Shown here piece after piece: positions 40,871 through 51,901 of a DNA stretch of 64,000 bases. The stretch comes from Vicugna vicugna. Its lineage: Eukaryota. How positions within the stretch are numbered: the first letter of the stretch is position 1; every line of letters begins with the position of its first letter. Made by a program: the position numbers and the translations under genes. The stretch covers positions 6,052,939-6,116,938 of the forward strand of contig MU058423.1 of assembly GCA_013265495.1 (NCBI GenBank), in the 5' to 3' direction. The notes under the pieces were generated by a model, which worked only from the letters and a program-made list of their open reading frames with translations, made no database searches and had not been told where the DNA came from.

Positions 40871-41053
40871 TCCCACTGATTTTGAATACTACTTCTGTCA
40901 TATCAGATTTCCATATATGTCTGGTTGGTTTCTGGATTATTGATTATGTTTCATTAAGTCTGTTGGCAAGCACTGCACCAATACTACATTGTCTGAATTA
41001 CTACATTATAATAAATATTGATATGTAATAGGATGAGTTTTCCTTCCTTGCTC
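40871..41053 (-). mobile_element. Old L1ME-type ORF2 relic carried inside the composite insertion
   Basis: cccactgattttgaatac...ttccatatatgtctggttggtttctgga...caccaatactacattg...ccttgctc. Confidence 0.65.
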
Positions 41054-41520
41054 TTTTTTTTTTTTTTAACATCTTCATGTTTATTCTCTTGCAATTCATT
41101 GTAGTCATTGCATTTCCAGTTACGGTTTTTTCATTTCTATAGCTTTCTGCTTCTTCTCTATTTAGAGTAGACCTTTCTTTTAGGATAGGTTTAATATTGC
41201 TGAATTTCTTTCAGTTTTTGCTTGTCTGTGAAGTTCTCTATCTTTCCTTCTACTCTAAAGGGTAGTCTTGCCAGATAGAGTATCCTAAATAGCCGCCTTT
41301 TCTCATTCAGGACTTTGAATATATCTTGCCACTCCCTTCTGGCCAGCAGTGTTTGTATAGAGAAATCAGCTAAAAGCTTTACAGGGGTTCCCTCGTAAGT
41401 AACTCTTAGCTTTTCTCCTGCTGCCTTTAGAATCATTTCTTTATCTTTAACATTGGTCATCTTAATTATAGTATGTCTCGGGGTAGGTCTGTTTGGGTTC
41501 TTCTTGTTTGGGGCCCTCTG
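41054..41520 (-). mobile_element. L1 ORF1 3' half + inter-ORF spacer ending in AATAAA and A14
   Basis: QRAPNKKNPNRPTPRHTIIKMTNVKDKEMILKAAGEK...ADFS...ARREWQDIFKVL...RILYLARL matches ORF1p RRM/CTD; minus-strand AATAAA at 41080-41085; T14 at 41054-41067. Confidence 0.93.
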
Positions 41521-41895
41521 GAGGGGTGCAACACAGCCGGGCCATTGCCGCTTTCTCCGCTTGGCTCCATTGTTGGCGAGTTCTCGCGAGAAGAGAGGAG
41601 GGGCTCAGTCGTAGCCATTGCTGCTGCGCGGAAGCGGGGCTGAAGCTGAAGCCGTACCCAGCAGCCCTGCAACCTCACCGGCCGGACCAAGCTTTGTTTA
41701 CAGCCCCAGGCAGAGAGGGTGGATTTGCTCTCTCTGTACCCTTTGTGGTCCCGTGCTTCTGGGACGAACAGGCAGTGAGCAGTGTTCTGGAGCGCGGCGG
41801 GGGCGAGCACAGGTATTCACCGTAGGCTGGGGTACCTTATGGTGGGCCGAGGTGCGGCTGGGCCTGCGCTGACCCTGTGCTGTGCCAGGGATTCA
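41521..41895 (+). mobile_element. CpG-rich L1 5'UTR segment, apparently inverted relative to the adjacent ORF1
   Basis: GC/CpG-rich; ttgtttacagccccaggcag and tctcgcgagaagagagg resemble the sense camelid L1 5'UTR as recalled; abrupt junction at 41520/41521. Confidence 0.6.
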
Positions 41896-41910
41896 TGTGT
41901 GATTATTTTT

Positions 41911-42055
41911 GATGCCTGTCTTTTTCACTGGCACTTAAGTTTGATAATACCAGGAACCACATCCATTTGTGCTTATCATTTATACCTAGATTCTGGTATA
42001 GTACTTTGTATATACAAATAACTACTGACTGAAAGATCCATTGAATGAACAACCT
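41911..42055 (+). mobile_element. L2 3' end (continuation)
   Basis: gatgcctgtctttttcactgg...ccaggaaccac...ctggtatagtac...tgaatgaac. Confidence 0.55.
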
Positions 42056-42849
42056 TCCCATGTGTTTGGAATGGATTAAGCATTCTGAATCGATATTTTG
42101 AAAGGCTTATTTATTTGAACAAAGAAGTAAACAGCATCAACTAACTGATTCTAATGTTCTCCCATGCCTGGCTACAAGGTATGAATTCTCTGAACCAGTT
42201 TTTTCTTTATTTGGGAAAACATGCTTTCAAATGGATGAACTATTAATAGTTCCTTAATGACAGTGATTCATCTGGTCTTGTTTTTTGGTTGCTGTTTTTT
42301 CTCTTCCCCCAGGTATGACAAAAGAATAGTATTGAGTTTCAGGGATTATTCCAAGAAATCTAAATTTAACATCAATCGTATGAATTTAATTTGTCACCAA
42401 AGTTCAAGCTTTTCACAGTAATCTCTTCAAGAGTCTTTAAAAATCTTCTAACAAAAAGAAGGTTGACTATTGGGTTCAAGAAGTAAGAAAAGCCAAATTT
42501 TATTGGATAAAGTAGCAATTTTATAGTAGATTTTACAAAATAAAATTACAAGATAAATATGAATTCCATTCAAAGATGCTGTGGAGGAAAATTATCTTAA
42601 ACAAATTTGCGTATGTTATAGAACAGAATGCTAAAGTGGCATAAATATTTAATGTCACCTCTTTGACATACTCTTCTCTTTTGTCCACAAGATTTGTCTC
42701 AAGCTAGGTTTGGGAAGAAGATATTCTATAATATATCTTGTTTGTGCTCTTCTAACCTAAAGAGATACAACAGCCTACGAATATGTAAGTTTAGATTAGA
42801 ACCTAGACTGAGGAAAAAATGTAAAGGACTTTACTGAGCACTTCATAAA

Positions 42850-43222
42850 ATGTAAATATGGATTAGAGTACAGCATTGAATCAACAGCAGATTTTCTGAT
42901 TTTGATCATTGTAGTGTGGTCAGGTAATATTAGATCCTTGTTTGTACTAATACACAATTATGAGAGAAAGGGCATGATGTCTAGTACTCTCCTGCTCTCT
43001 TTAACTATACAGATAGGTATAGGTATAATATAGAGAGAGAAGAGAGGACAGGACAAAAAGAGAGAGAAAAGGGGGAAAAGAAGATAAAAAGGAGGGGAGA
43101 GAAGAGGAGAGGAAAAGAAAAGCAGGAGAAAGCAAAAGAGGCAAAATGTATACAGTTGGTAAATTTGGGTAAAGGGTATGATTGTAAATTTAAAATTTTA
43201 TATAATCAAAAGTTGTAAAAAA
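42850..43222 (+). mobile_element. L1ME/L1MC-type 3' end with internal purine-rich tract (43031-43145)
   Basis: ttctgattttgatcattgtagtgtggt...gggcatgatgtct...gcaaaatgtatacagttggtaaatttgggtaaagggtat. Confidence 0.7.
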
Positions 43223-45569
43223 GGCACAATAGAATATCAGTCCTTTAATGTGCTTGTAATAGTGGAAGATCTTAATAAGTAGGTTGTCACATGTGCCTTC
43301 TATTTATTTTTTGTCCTTCTCATTAAAAAAGAAAATTAAATTATCACATGACATTTCTCAGTCATCAAGTTTGCCTACTAATCCCAAAATATATTGACCT
43401 ACAAAGCTAGGACCATGATTGCTTCTGCTCCTGCATTTCTGTGTTTCAGCATTTAAGACACTCTTATATTAATAATATATATAATATATAATATATAATA
43501 AAATACCATAACTGTAAATCATATAACATAAAATATTCTTATTAAAATAAGAAAATTTTGCATACATAGATCTACATAAATACATAAATATTATGTTATA
43601 AAATTTAAAATAATATGCCATTTATAATAGTTTAATTATAATTCAAATTATTTTTTATTGTGATTAACTTCAAAAATATATTAAAGAATAATATGCAATG
43701 ACATTTTCTTATCTTTAGTAATATATAGGCAATTCCTCATAGACTACCCAGGTAATTCAATTAGACTTAGCAGTCTTTAATAATAAATGTATTTGCACAT
43801 AAACACAAAGACACACATATCCACCATAATAATTTTCAGACTTGGGAAGCAAAAAGAGTGCCTTTAGGTAAATTATTACTTATTCTTACCTACTAGCCTC
43901 AAATTAATAATACTTGTGATTTGGGAGGTATGTTCTCATAAAGGATGTATTGTCAATGTATATGACAAATTACTTCCATGACTTGATTATTTTGGTTCCT
44001 CCCATTTCATGTTTTGTTTATTCTTAAGGAATTTGAGAAGACTCAAGGTGGTTTTGGAAAATATATCCTGGATTATTCCAGCCTACCACTGGGGTCAGTC
44101 TTCTTATATTGCTTCCTTTCAAGCAGCTCTTTATGTCAGGGATATTGTTCCACTGTTCCTTCTACACCAGTGTTATTTCATCCAAAGTTATCTTTTAAGT
44201 TTTCCTTTTTAAAGAAGAATTAATTTCAGTGCTTTAAAATTGTCTTGGGCAGATTATGAATACTGACACATCTCTTGATACATTGTGCATTTGAAATAAA
44301 ATTAAATTAGCCCTTTAATCTTGAACTTTATTATTTCTCATGCTTTCTTCTTTAAGAGAGATGACATACAGGGAATAAAATATCATCATTTATACACTGA
44401 GTGACAATTGCTGTCTTTCTTTATATTAGATCCCGAGTTAGAAAATAAAATATCTTATACCATGTACAGCATCTATAATCAGGTAAGGTAAATATAGAAT
44501 CCATATTTTAAGTATTTTACTAACTTGGATAATAGTTTAATAATAATAGTAATAATTTTCTTATGTCATTTACCACAGAAGAGTTGCACATATAAAAGTA
44601 TAAATGATCTAACTCAGAGTTAGCATAGTTAATACTAAAATGTTAGTCATTATAGCAATTAATGGCGAAATAAAATGGCACAGATACACAGTTATGCATT
44701 TTATATTTTATATATGAATGAGTATATATTTGAAAAATATAAATCAAATGGAAGTTGATGATATAATGTTTTATAGATGATCAGGAAATTTGAAATGTAA
44801 CTCCACTATCTATAGCTTCTTATAAAGCTTAAGTTGAACTGCAAAGGTAGTAAGAATGAAATTACTGTAAGTCTCTTGAAGAACTCTCTCCTTAAATCAA
44901 TTTTTCTAAAGAAGTGGCTTTTCTGGACAGTTTTTCCTTGGATAATGAACTTCTATTGAAAAACAACGATGATCTGGGTATCTGTTCATAATTGGATGAC
45001 TACTAAGATAAGATACTTTGGCTACTCGACCTGCAGACTTGGGGCCTGCTTGTGGGACAGGTTTTGTCAGAGCTTGAAAATCCCATGTCACATCATAAAG
45101 ATCACGAGGGTAGAAGCGTTGGTTTTCTGAGGTCAATCACTGTTGACCAGAGAAATAGTCCTGAGGTAGATTTGGACATACTGCAATTCATTTCTGATTA
45201 TAATTATTAGAAATAATTGGTTGGAGACACTTTTGAAAGGCTGTTTTAAATATTTTTCTTAACTGATTTTCTTATTAGATCATCTTTCTTATTAAAAATG
45301 GTTAGTTAAAGACATGGCAATTTGAAAATTAGAAACAAAGTAAGCTCCCACTGTGCTTTAGTCTGGAAAGAAAAAGAAGAAGATGGTCTTACCAGACCCC
45401 AGGATTTGGCGTCACCCACTTGGAATTGTGCGTGCTTCCTGGTTGGAGCTGAATCTCTAGAGAAGTAGACTGTTTTGTGGGCAATGGAACCACAGAGAGG
45501 ACACAATCCCTGCTAGAAATGTGACCTAAAGCAAGGAGAGAAGGGATAGCATTTACTTAATGGTGATAT

Positions 45570-46120
45570 GTATAAAGTGATGAAGGCTAGGCCTGAGCTC
45601 ATCTGCGTGGAATTCACCTTACTGTGAACGACTTGACTGCTACTTTGCTGAGGTCTCAGCCTATTAATAGCACAGATCAGTGGTTTGTCAGAATATGGTT
45701 TTATTTACCAGAATGATCAGACATCACCTGGTAGCAGGCTGTTACGATGGACCCTTCCATCATAGCGAGGTCCACAATTTGTCGTCACAAGGAGAACACC
45801 TTCTCGGGATATGGATTTGGCTTCCCTGCATCATCATCTGTAGATACATCCTTGTGTCCTACGTTATATTGATCTTGATTAGGAACTCAAATCACAGAGG
45901 AAGAAATACAGCTTAGGGTTAACTGTCATATAAAAAATAGTTCTTTATCATAAAGCAATAACTAGCCTCTATGATAGATCAGTGCAATAGCTTACTGAAG
46001 ACTCAATTACATTACTAGCTGAAAACAATCACCTTTAGACCTGAGGATCCTTTTCTTTGGATACTCTACTTTGCTTGAACCAGACATCAATATGAGGTGT
46101 TTCTTATTCCATGGTCACTA
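45570..46120 (+). mobile_element. ERV-L pol (integrase core) relic
   Basis: gatcagacatcacctggtagcaggctgttacgatggacccttccatcatag...ggatatggatttggcttccctgca is a degenerate coding of ERV-L integrase WQVDYIGPLPSW...SGYGFAFPA; also ggaactca and ttactgaagactcaattac. Confidence 0.82.
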
Positions 46121-46179
46121 GGCACTTACCCAACTCCTTACCACCACACCTAAAAACCCATTTAAAGTAATCTGTTTTC

Positions 46180-46560
46180 CACTTCTGGAAGAATTGGAAG
46201 ATAAAGTTGAGGAATTCTCCCAAAAGTAGAGCAAACAATAATAAAAGAGTAAGAAAAAAGGATAAAAAAAGATAAGATAGTTAGAGAATCACTCCAGGAG
46301 AATTAAGATCTGAATAATAGAGAAAAATCAAAATGAGACAATTACCAGAGAAACAATTCAAAAAGTTATTTTGTAACAAATTGAAAGAGCATGCTGAGTC
46401 ACATTACATGTTATGAAAAAAGATCAATAGATTATGATGAAATTTGGTAAGACTGGAAACACACATAAACCATTAATAATTTCCAGAAGGTGGAAAATAT
46501 TAGGTTCAAATATCAGATCAAGAATAAGAATAGCTTTGAAATTTTCAATAACATTTTAAG
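46180..46560 (+). mobile_element. HAL1/old L1 ORF1 remnant
   Basis: gaattggaagataaagttgaggaattctcccaaaagtagagc...ttagagaatcactccaggag. Confidence 0.65.
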
Positions 46561-47429
46561 GAATATTATAATGTAGAGAATTTTCTCTGTGTCTCTGTCT
46601 TGATCTGTCTCTGTCTCTCTCTGTTTCTCTCTCATATTCTGATTATTCAATTTGCTTCCTTTATAAAATAGACTTTTACCATAAAAAAAGAAACAAGAGA
46701 AGTCTTTCATACAATTGAACCATATAGATGAACCAGAATGTGGGGGGGCGGGGGTGGGACTAGGTCTTGGTAACAACATTTGCTTTATAACATCATTCCT
46801 GCCTCTTTGTCATGCTGAGTCAGAATCAAGACCTATTCCTTTACATTTTAGTTAAATTAATTAATAATACTGGTATATTTTAAGCCATTTGGATTTTCTG
46901 TTAACTGAACACAAGATAGTCCTAAATTATGTAAGAATTTTTGTTTAGAACAACTCAATGAGTCAATGTTGTGATGATCTTAAAATAATAATAAAGATTA
47001 AAACTACTAGAATATGCAGGGTAATAATTCCACATCAGAGACATTATAGCCACATTTAATCAAAATGTAAGAAACAGAGTGATGAGATGTATTGTCTCCT
47101 TAGGAGCTAGCACATAAAATAATGGATATGGCAAAAATAATATAAATTTATGGCATATTTATATGTGGGGCACTGGGCTAAATTTTTTACAAGCTACATT
47201 TTATAAAATCCTCAAAGCAAATAAGAATAATAATTACATCATATTAATAGAATATTAAAAGAACTAAAAATCTATTGCTACAAAATTATTCCTGTTGTAA
47301 AGTGTTAAGGTATTTTGATATGGAAAATTTACTTTATATATCTGCTGAGTCCAGGTCCGAGGCCAGACTGAAGTAGCAATTAAACAGCAGATTTTCAATT
47401 AATATTACTAGCACATTCAGGTATAGCCC

Positions 47430-47595
47430 GTCAAAACGGAATGAGCTCTTTCGTGAGGCAGTAAGTTGGAAATGCTCAGGTAGGATGTGATTTCCAGTTT
47501 CTCAAAATATGACAGCAAATAAGCTACCATAATGCTACACAGGGTAGGACAATAGAATAAATAACCTTTAGGACATCTTCCAACTGGACAATTTA
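47430..47595 (+). mobile_element. L3/CR1 LINE 3' end
   Basis: ggaatgagctctttcgtgaggcagtaag...aaataacctttaggacatcttccaact. Confidence 0.55.
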
Positions 47596-47719
47596 TTTGA
47601 TGAACAGCCTATGATACCTTTTATCATATCAGCAGTCTCTTTGGGAAATTCCGGTAACTTAGCATGAGAGCTAACATGTCCTTTGAGATCCTAAAAGGAC
47701 CACATACTGTAGAAATAGT

Positions 47720-47870
47720 TTTACATTACTTTATTTAACCCACACAACAGTTTTAAGATATTGGTATTATCTTATTTTCAGGTTAAAAAAAAACTGCAAG
47801 TAAATGAAGTTAAATAGTTTCTCAAGTCCATAAGCCTAATGATTAGGAGAACTGGTATTTAAACCCAGAA
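47720..47870 (-). mobile_element. MIR SINE
   Basis: atttaacccacacaacag...gtattatcttattttcag...ggtatttaaacccag. Confidence 0.7.
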
Positions 47871-48813
47871 TTTCTCCTTGTTTTTTTTTTTTGAGAATTA
47901 TTCACAGTTTTGGCCAAAGAAGTTATAGCCAATCTCATTAGTGTAAAAAATCTTTTATCACAATAATAACTTTATCTAAGAAAAAATTCTGATAGGATCT
48001 TACCTAATCACTACATGCCAGCTAATATGAGTTCCATATTGAAAGTAATTACAAAAATCTGGTATTTTCTTCTTACAGAATACACCCCATGTGAACAGGT
48101 TCATATTCATATGAATACACACACAACTCACATCTAATTGTTTTAATTCTATTTTTGGAAATATTAAATGAGTGTACATACCAGATATTCTGTCTTAATT
48201 CTGAAAATTTATTTTTAAAATTATTTGTTAACCTCATAAATATCTCATACCAGTGATCATTCCAGAAGGTCACCCTCTAAGATATCAAAGTGTTTTGAAT
48301 AATTAAGGATGAAGGATTAACCGACCTTGTCCATTTTTAAATAATCAAACTCTGGTTTTATAAAAGAAAGCAAAAACCAAAAACATAGGTACACACAAAG
48401 AGAAAATCCCTAATTTCAAAAACTGCAGCTTAATTTTCTGGCTACTAAAGATATTTTCTAAGAGGAACAAATGGTATGAATCATCAGCCTAATTATAGTA
48501 ATGTCAGGGCTTGGTTTAGCTTGCAGCAACATTTATTCTCTGTGCCTGGTTAAAGCTCTGTAATAATTACAGAGATTTGGCAATGCTGCTTATATAACCA
48601 TTGACCATAAATTCAGTTAGACCAAACAGCTTTGGAAACTGATGGCAGGGCAGCTGACACTTTTAATTTACTGATCCTGTTGTCATTAGAGTAAAGTAGG
48701 TGGTAAGGTGAAAAGAGGGTCAGGACTAAATCCTTCACAAGTTGAAATTCTGCCCATAACCAGAGCCGATGATTACCCTTCATAAAAGATTATTTAGACA
48801 GTCTTTTAACAAG

Positions 48814-48830
48814 AGTGACATCTGCTGGCC
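48814..48830 (-). promoter_or_regulatory. CTCF-like motif
   Basis: Minus strand GGCCAGCAGATGTCACT, one mismatch to CCASYAGRKGGCRS. Confidence 0.45.
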
Positions 48831-49314
48831 CACAGGTGCAATTCACACGACTCCCGTATTTATAATTCTCTGTGATACCCTAGCTTTTATTTCTGCAGAT
48901 GGCAAATCAGCTGAGTTTATAATTACAAATTACAATATTTAATACAATAGAGTTCTTGTTCAGTTGTTTTGAATTTCTAGTTTAAACAAAATGACCCTGA
49001 ATTTCTTTGGTTTTTGTTGTGACATTTTATTTGCAATGTTTTTGTTTATACATTTTTTCTTTCCCAGAAATTCTAGCTTTTTTTTTTTTATTTTTTAGTT
49101 TGAATACAGGATCCTTATGGTTTAAAAATGTTCTGAAATTTTATTTTGAGCAGTTGGTGGTGATACTCCAAGATAATATGTTATGTTGAATGAAAAGTAG
49201 ATTGCAAAATTATCGGTCATGTTTGTTTTTGTGTGTGTGTTATATTTTCAGTCATCATACCCAGTGAAGAACAATTGTACATTGTTCTTTTGGTTAGCTG
49301 TTCTCTCTTCCCTT

Positions 49315-49353
49315 GTGTGTGTGTGTGTGTGTGTGTGTGTGAGTGTGTGTGTG
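49315..49353. repeat. (TG)n microsatellite
   Basis: tgtgtg...gagtgtgtgtgtg. Confidence 0.95.
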
Positions 49354-50099
49354 ATTATTTTTTTCTCAGCTGAATCAGTCTGGAAATAAAATGCCAGATA
49401 TTTTGAATATCTTGTATACTTTGTATCTTTACCTTGAATTGCTTTAATTTTTAGTAATTATGACCAAAGGATTTTTTCCTTTAAATCAAGTGAATATTTG
49501 TGTGCCTGCATTTTACATTTATAGTGATTATGAGTTATATTTTTAATTTACAAAAATACCTTTAAATTTCTAAATATTTCTAAAATATTATATAAGAAAT
49601 TATTTTAAAAGACATTTAAAGAAGTATAACATTCATTATGTTAAAAATAAAGAATGACCACTGTTTACACCTCAGTATATGTAACTCCAGAATTTATGCT
49701 TATGTAAAAGTTTAGAAACAAATATATGTAAGATTTTTTGAATACTTACATGACAATGATAGAATCATAGAGTTCTATAATTTATTTTAACCTAAATGAC
49801 ACTCTCAGATTAATAAGCATTAATATTCTTTTTGTGGGATATTTATCTTAAGATGCTCTATAGAACAATGCAGTTGTCTTTTAAGCAGAGCAGATACAAA
49901 GGCATATACACTAAGAGCATCCAGGCATTTATACTTTGATCCTATCTTTGTCCATCTTTATTTAAAATCAGACATAGCATCTCAAGAATGTTAACTTCCA
50001 TATATTACTTCTTAAATTTGTGCTTGTATGCCCCTTCACTTCTACCAATCTAAACATTATTCTGGAAACATCATTGCTAACAAAAGGTCAATTACCATC

Positions 50100-50546
50100 T
50101 GTCTCTACAAGGATGGAGTCATTAGTCACAGGAGTCACTGACCTTTCCACACACTCTGAAAGGAATTCAGACTGGAGATCACGAACGAGGCACTCAGTGC
50201 TCTGGGAAAACTGGCAGAAGAGGCCTTCAGATAGTTAGATATTTTCAGGAGGAATTTTTTATGAACTTGTATTCTTGCATCGTCCCATACTTAGAAAAGC
50301 ACTAAAACCATTAACTAAGAAATCTGTTCCCTGTGACGAGCAGCAACCTTCTACGGAGGTGCGTGCATGGTTTCACGTACCCCCTTTGCTAAAATCACAT
50401 GTATACTGACCTTCGCCTTACCTCTTTGAAGAAGTTCCTCAGAGCTATCTGAGAGGCTGTCTCTTGGTCTATATTCCTCAGTGAGACACTGGATAGACCT
50501 GATTCACAGCTTTTACATTGTGTGTGTGTCTGTGTTTTAATTGACA
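50100..50546 (+). mobile_element. ERV1-class solo LTR
   Basis: TG...CA termini (tgtctctacaaggatggagtc ... ttaattgaca); agaaaagcactaaaacc and cagagctatctgagaggctgtctc motifs. Confidence 0.8.
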
Positions 50547-50549
50547 GCA

Positions 50550-50930
50550 TTCAACAGGGAAGTAAAAGATCTGTATTGTATTCTTAAGTCACTATTAATA
50601 ATCTGATTCACTTAACCTCTTTTAGTCTCCATTTTCTTACCTGTAAAGTTCATAGTGTCTGCTGCAGAAGGTTAATGCAGGAATAAATTTTAGTATATAT
50701 GGAAAAGATGTTCTAAATACTATTAAGCACTTTAAGAGTAGATAGTAATTATTAATCGATTTCATATCTACCCACATTTCCTCATTTAATCTTCCAAAAC
50801 AACAATGTGAAGTAAGTAAATTTTCACTTTATAGGCATAAAAATTAAAGAAGGCTAAATGACATGCTTAAATTAAAATTCCAAGTTTGATGGTGCTGAGA
50901 GTCAAGCACAGGTAACTCTGTTTCTGAAGC
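50550..50930. mobile_element. Two MIR remnants (+ then -)
   Basis: cacttaacctcttttagtctccattttcttacctgtaaa; ctcatttaatcttccaaaacaac...aaggctaaatgacatgc. Confidence 0.65.
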
Positions 50931-51901
50931 CAGAAAGCCATGAAGACAAATCATATTTTAATATAAATTTAGCTATTCTGAATATGTAAATAATAATAAA
51001 ATGTAATTAAGCTTTAAAATTTATTTTTGGATAAATTAAGTATATTCTACATAAGACAAATTTACTATAAAGAGTCCATATTATGAAATATACTTTTAAC
51101 ATCACAAAAGATAGTATCTAAACATTTCAACTATTTCTACTTTAAAGAGAAACCAATCTCAAACAATTGTATAACATTTTGCTATATATAAACTTCAGCT
51201 TGAATTAAAAAATGGTAAACACATACTTGTATATCATAGCAAAAACAAATACAATAGAAATAGAAATATGATTCAGGATTTCCATGCAACCTGTAGTCAA
51301 ATTTGTTTTCTCTTAGAGTAATTAAGTGGAGAAATATATAATAACTAAAGAGGCTATAATTAATAATGAGATTTAGTTTCTAATATTTTGAGAACAGTCC
51401 AAATTAATTTAGTATTTGTACAGGAGAAGAAGTGTCTATCAGTTTCCTCAGGTTATAGCACCAGAATGATTCAAGCAAACTATTCACAGTTTATAGAATT
51501 GTATCTGTAAGGGAAAAAAAACCAACACTAGCACATGTTATGATGATTGACAAGCATACAATGTGGTCTTATCACTTAACTTTTGTGTAACTCTGATCAC
51601 AGGCATTCTCTAGAAAGAGAGACAATGTCTTGTGAAATTTCTTTCCTAATTCAGCTTTGGGCACTAGTAGGAAACAATTTCAGAAATAAATTTTTAATTT
51701 AGTCTAATGATTTTTTTTTTCTGATTATAAAGTGGGTAGTTTAATCTCCTGCCAGTTTAAAGTAACTGGGATAATGCTTAATATGCATTTTCATAATCTA
51801 AACTTTTAAACCTAATTGTTTTGATAGATCAATGCTAACCTTTATGATACATATTAATAGGAAGATTTAAAAAATATAAAATGGTACACCGACTTAAAAT
51901 T

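Noticed and set aside
41466..42021. Overlapping 79-114 aa ORFs and CpG island suggesting a gene promoter or first exon
   Set aside because: GC-rich L1 5'UTR-like segment inside a TSD-bounded insertion; stop-poor because of composition
43465..43700. Extremely AT-rich tract
   Set aside because: Low-complexity decay with no defined periodicity
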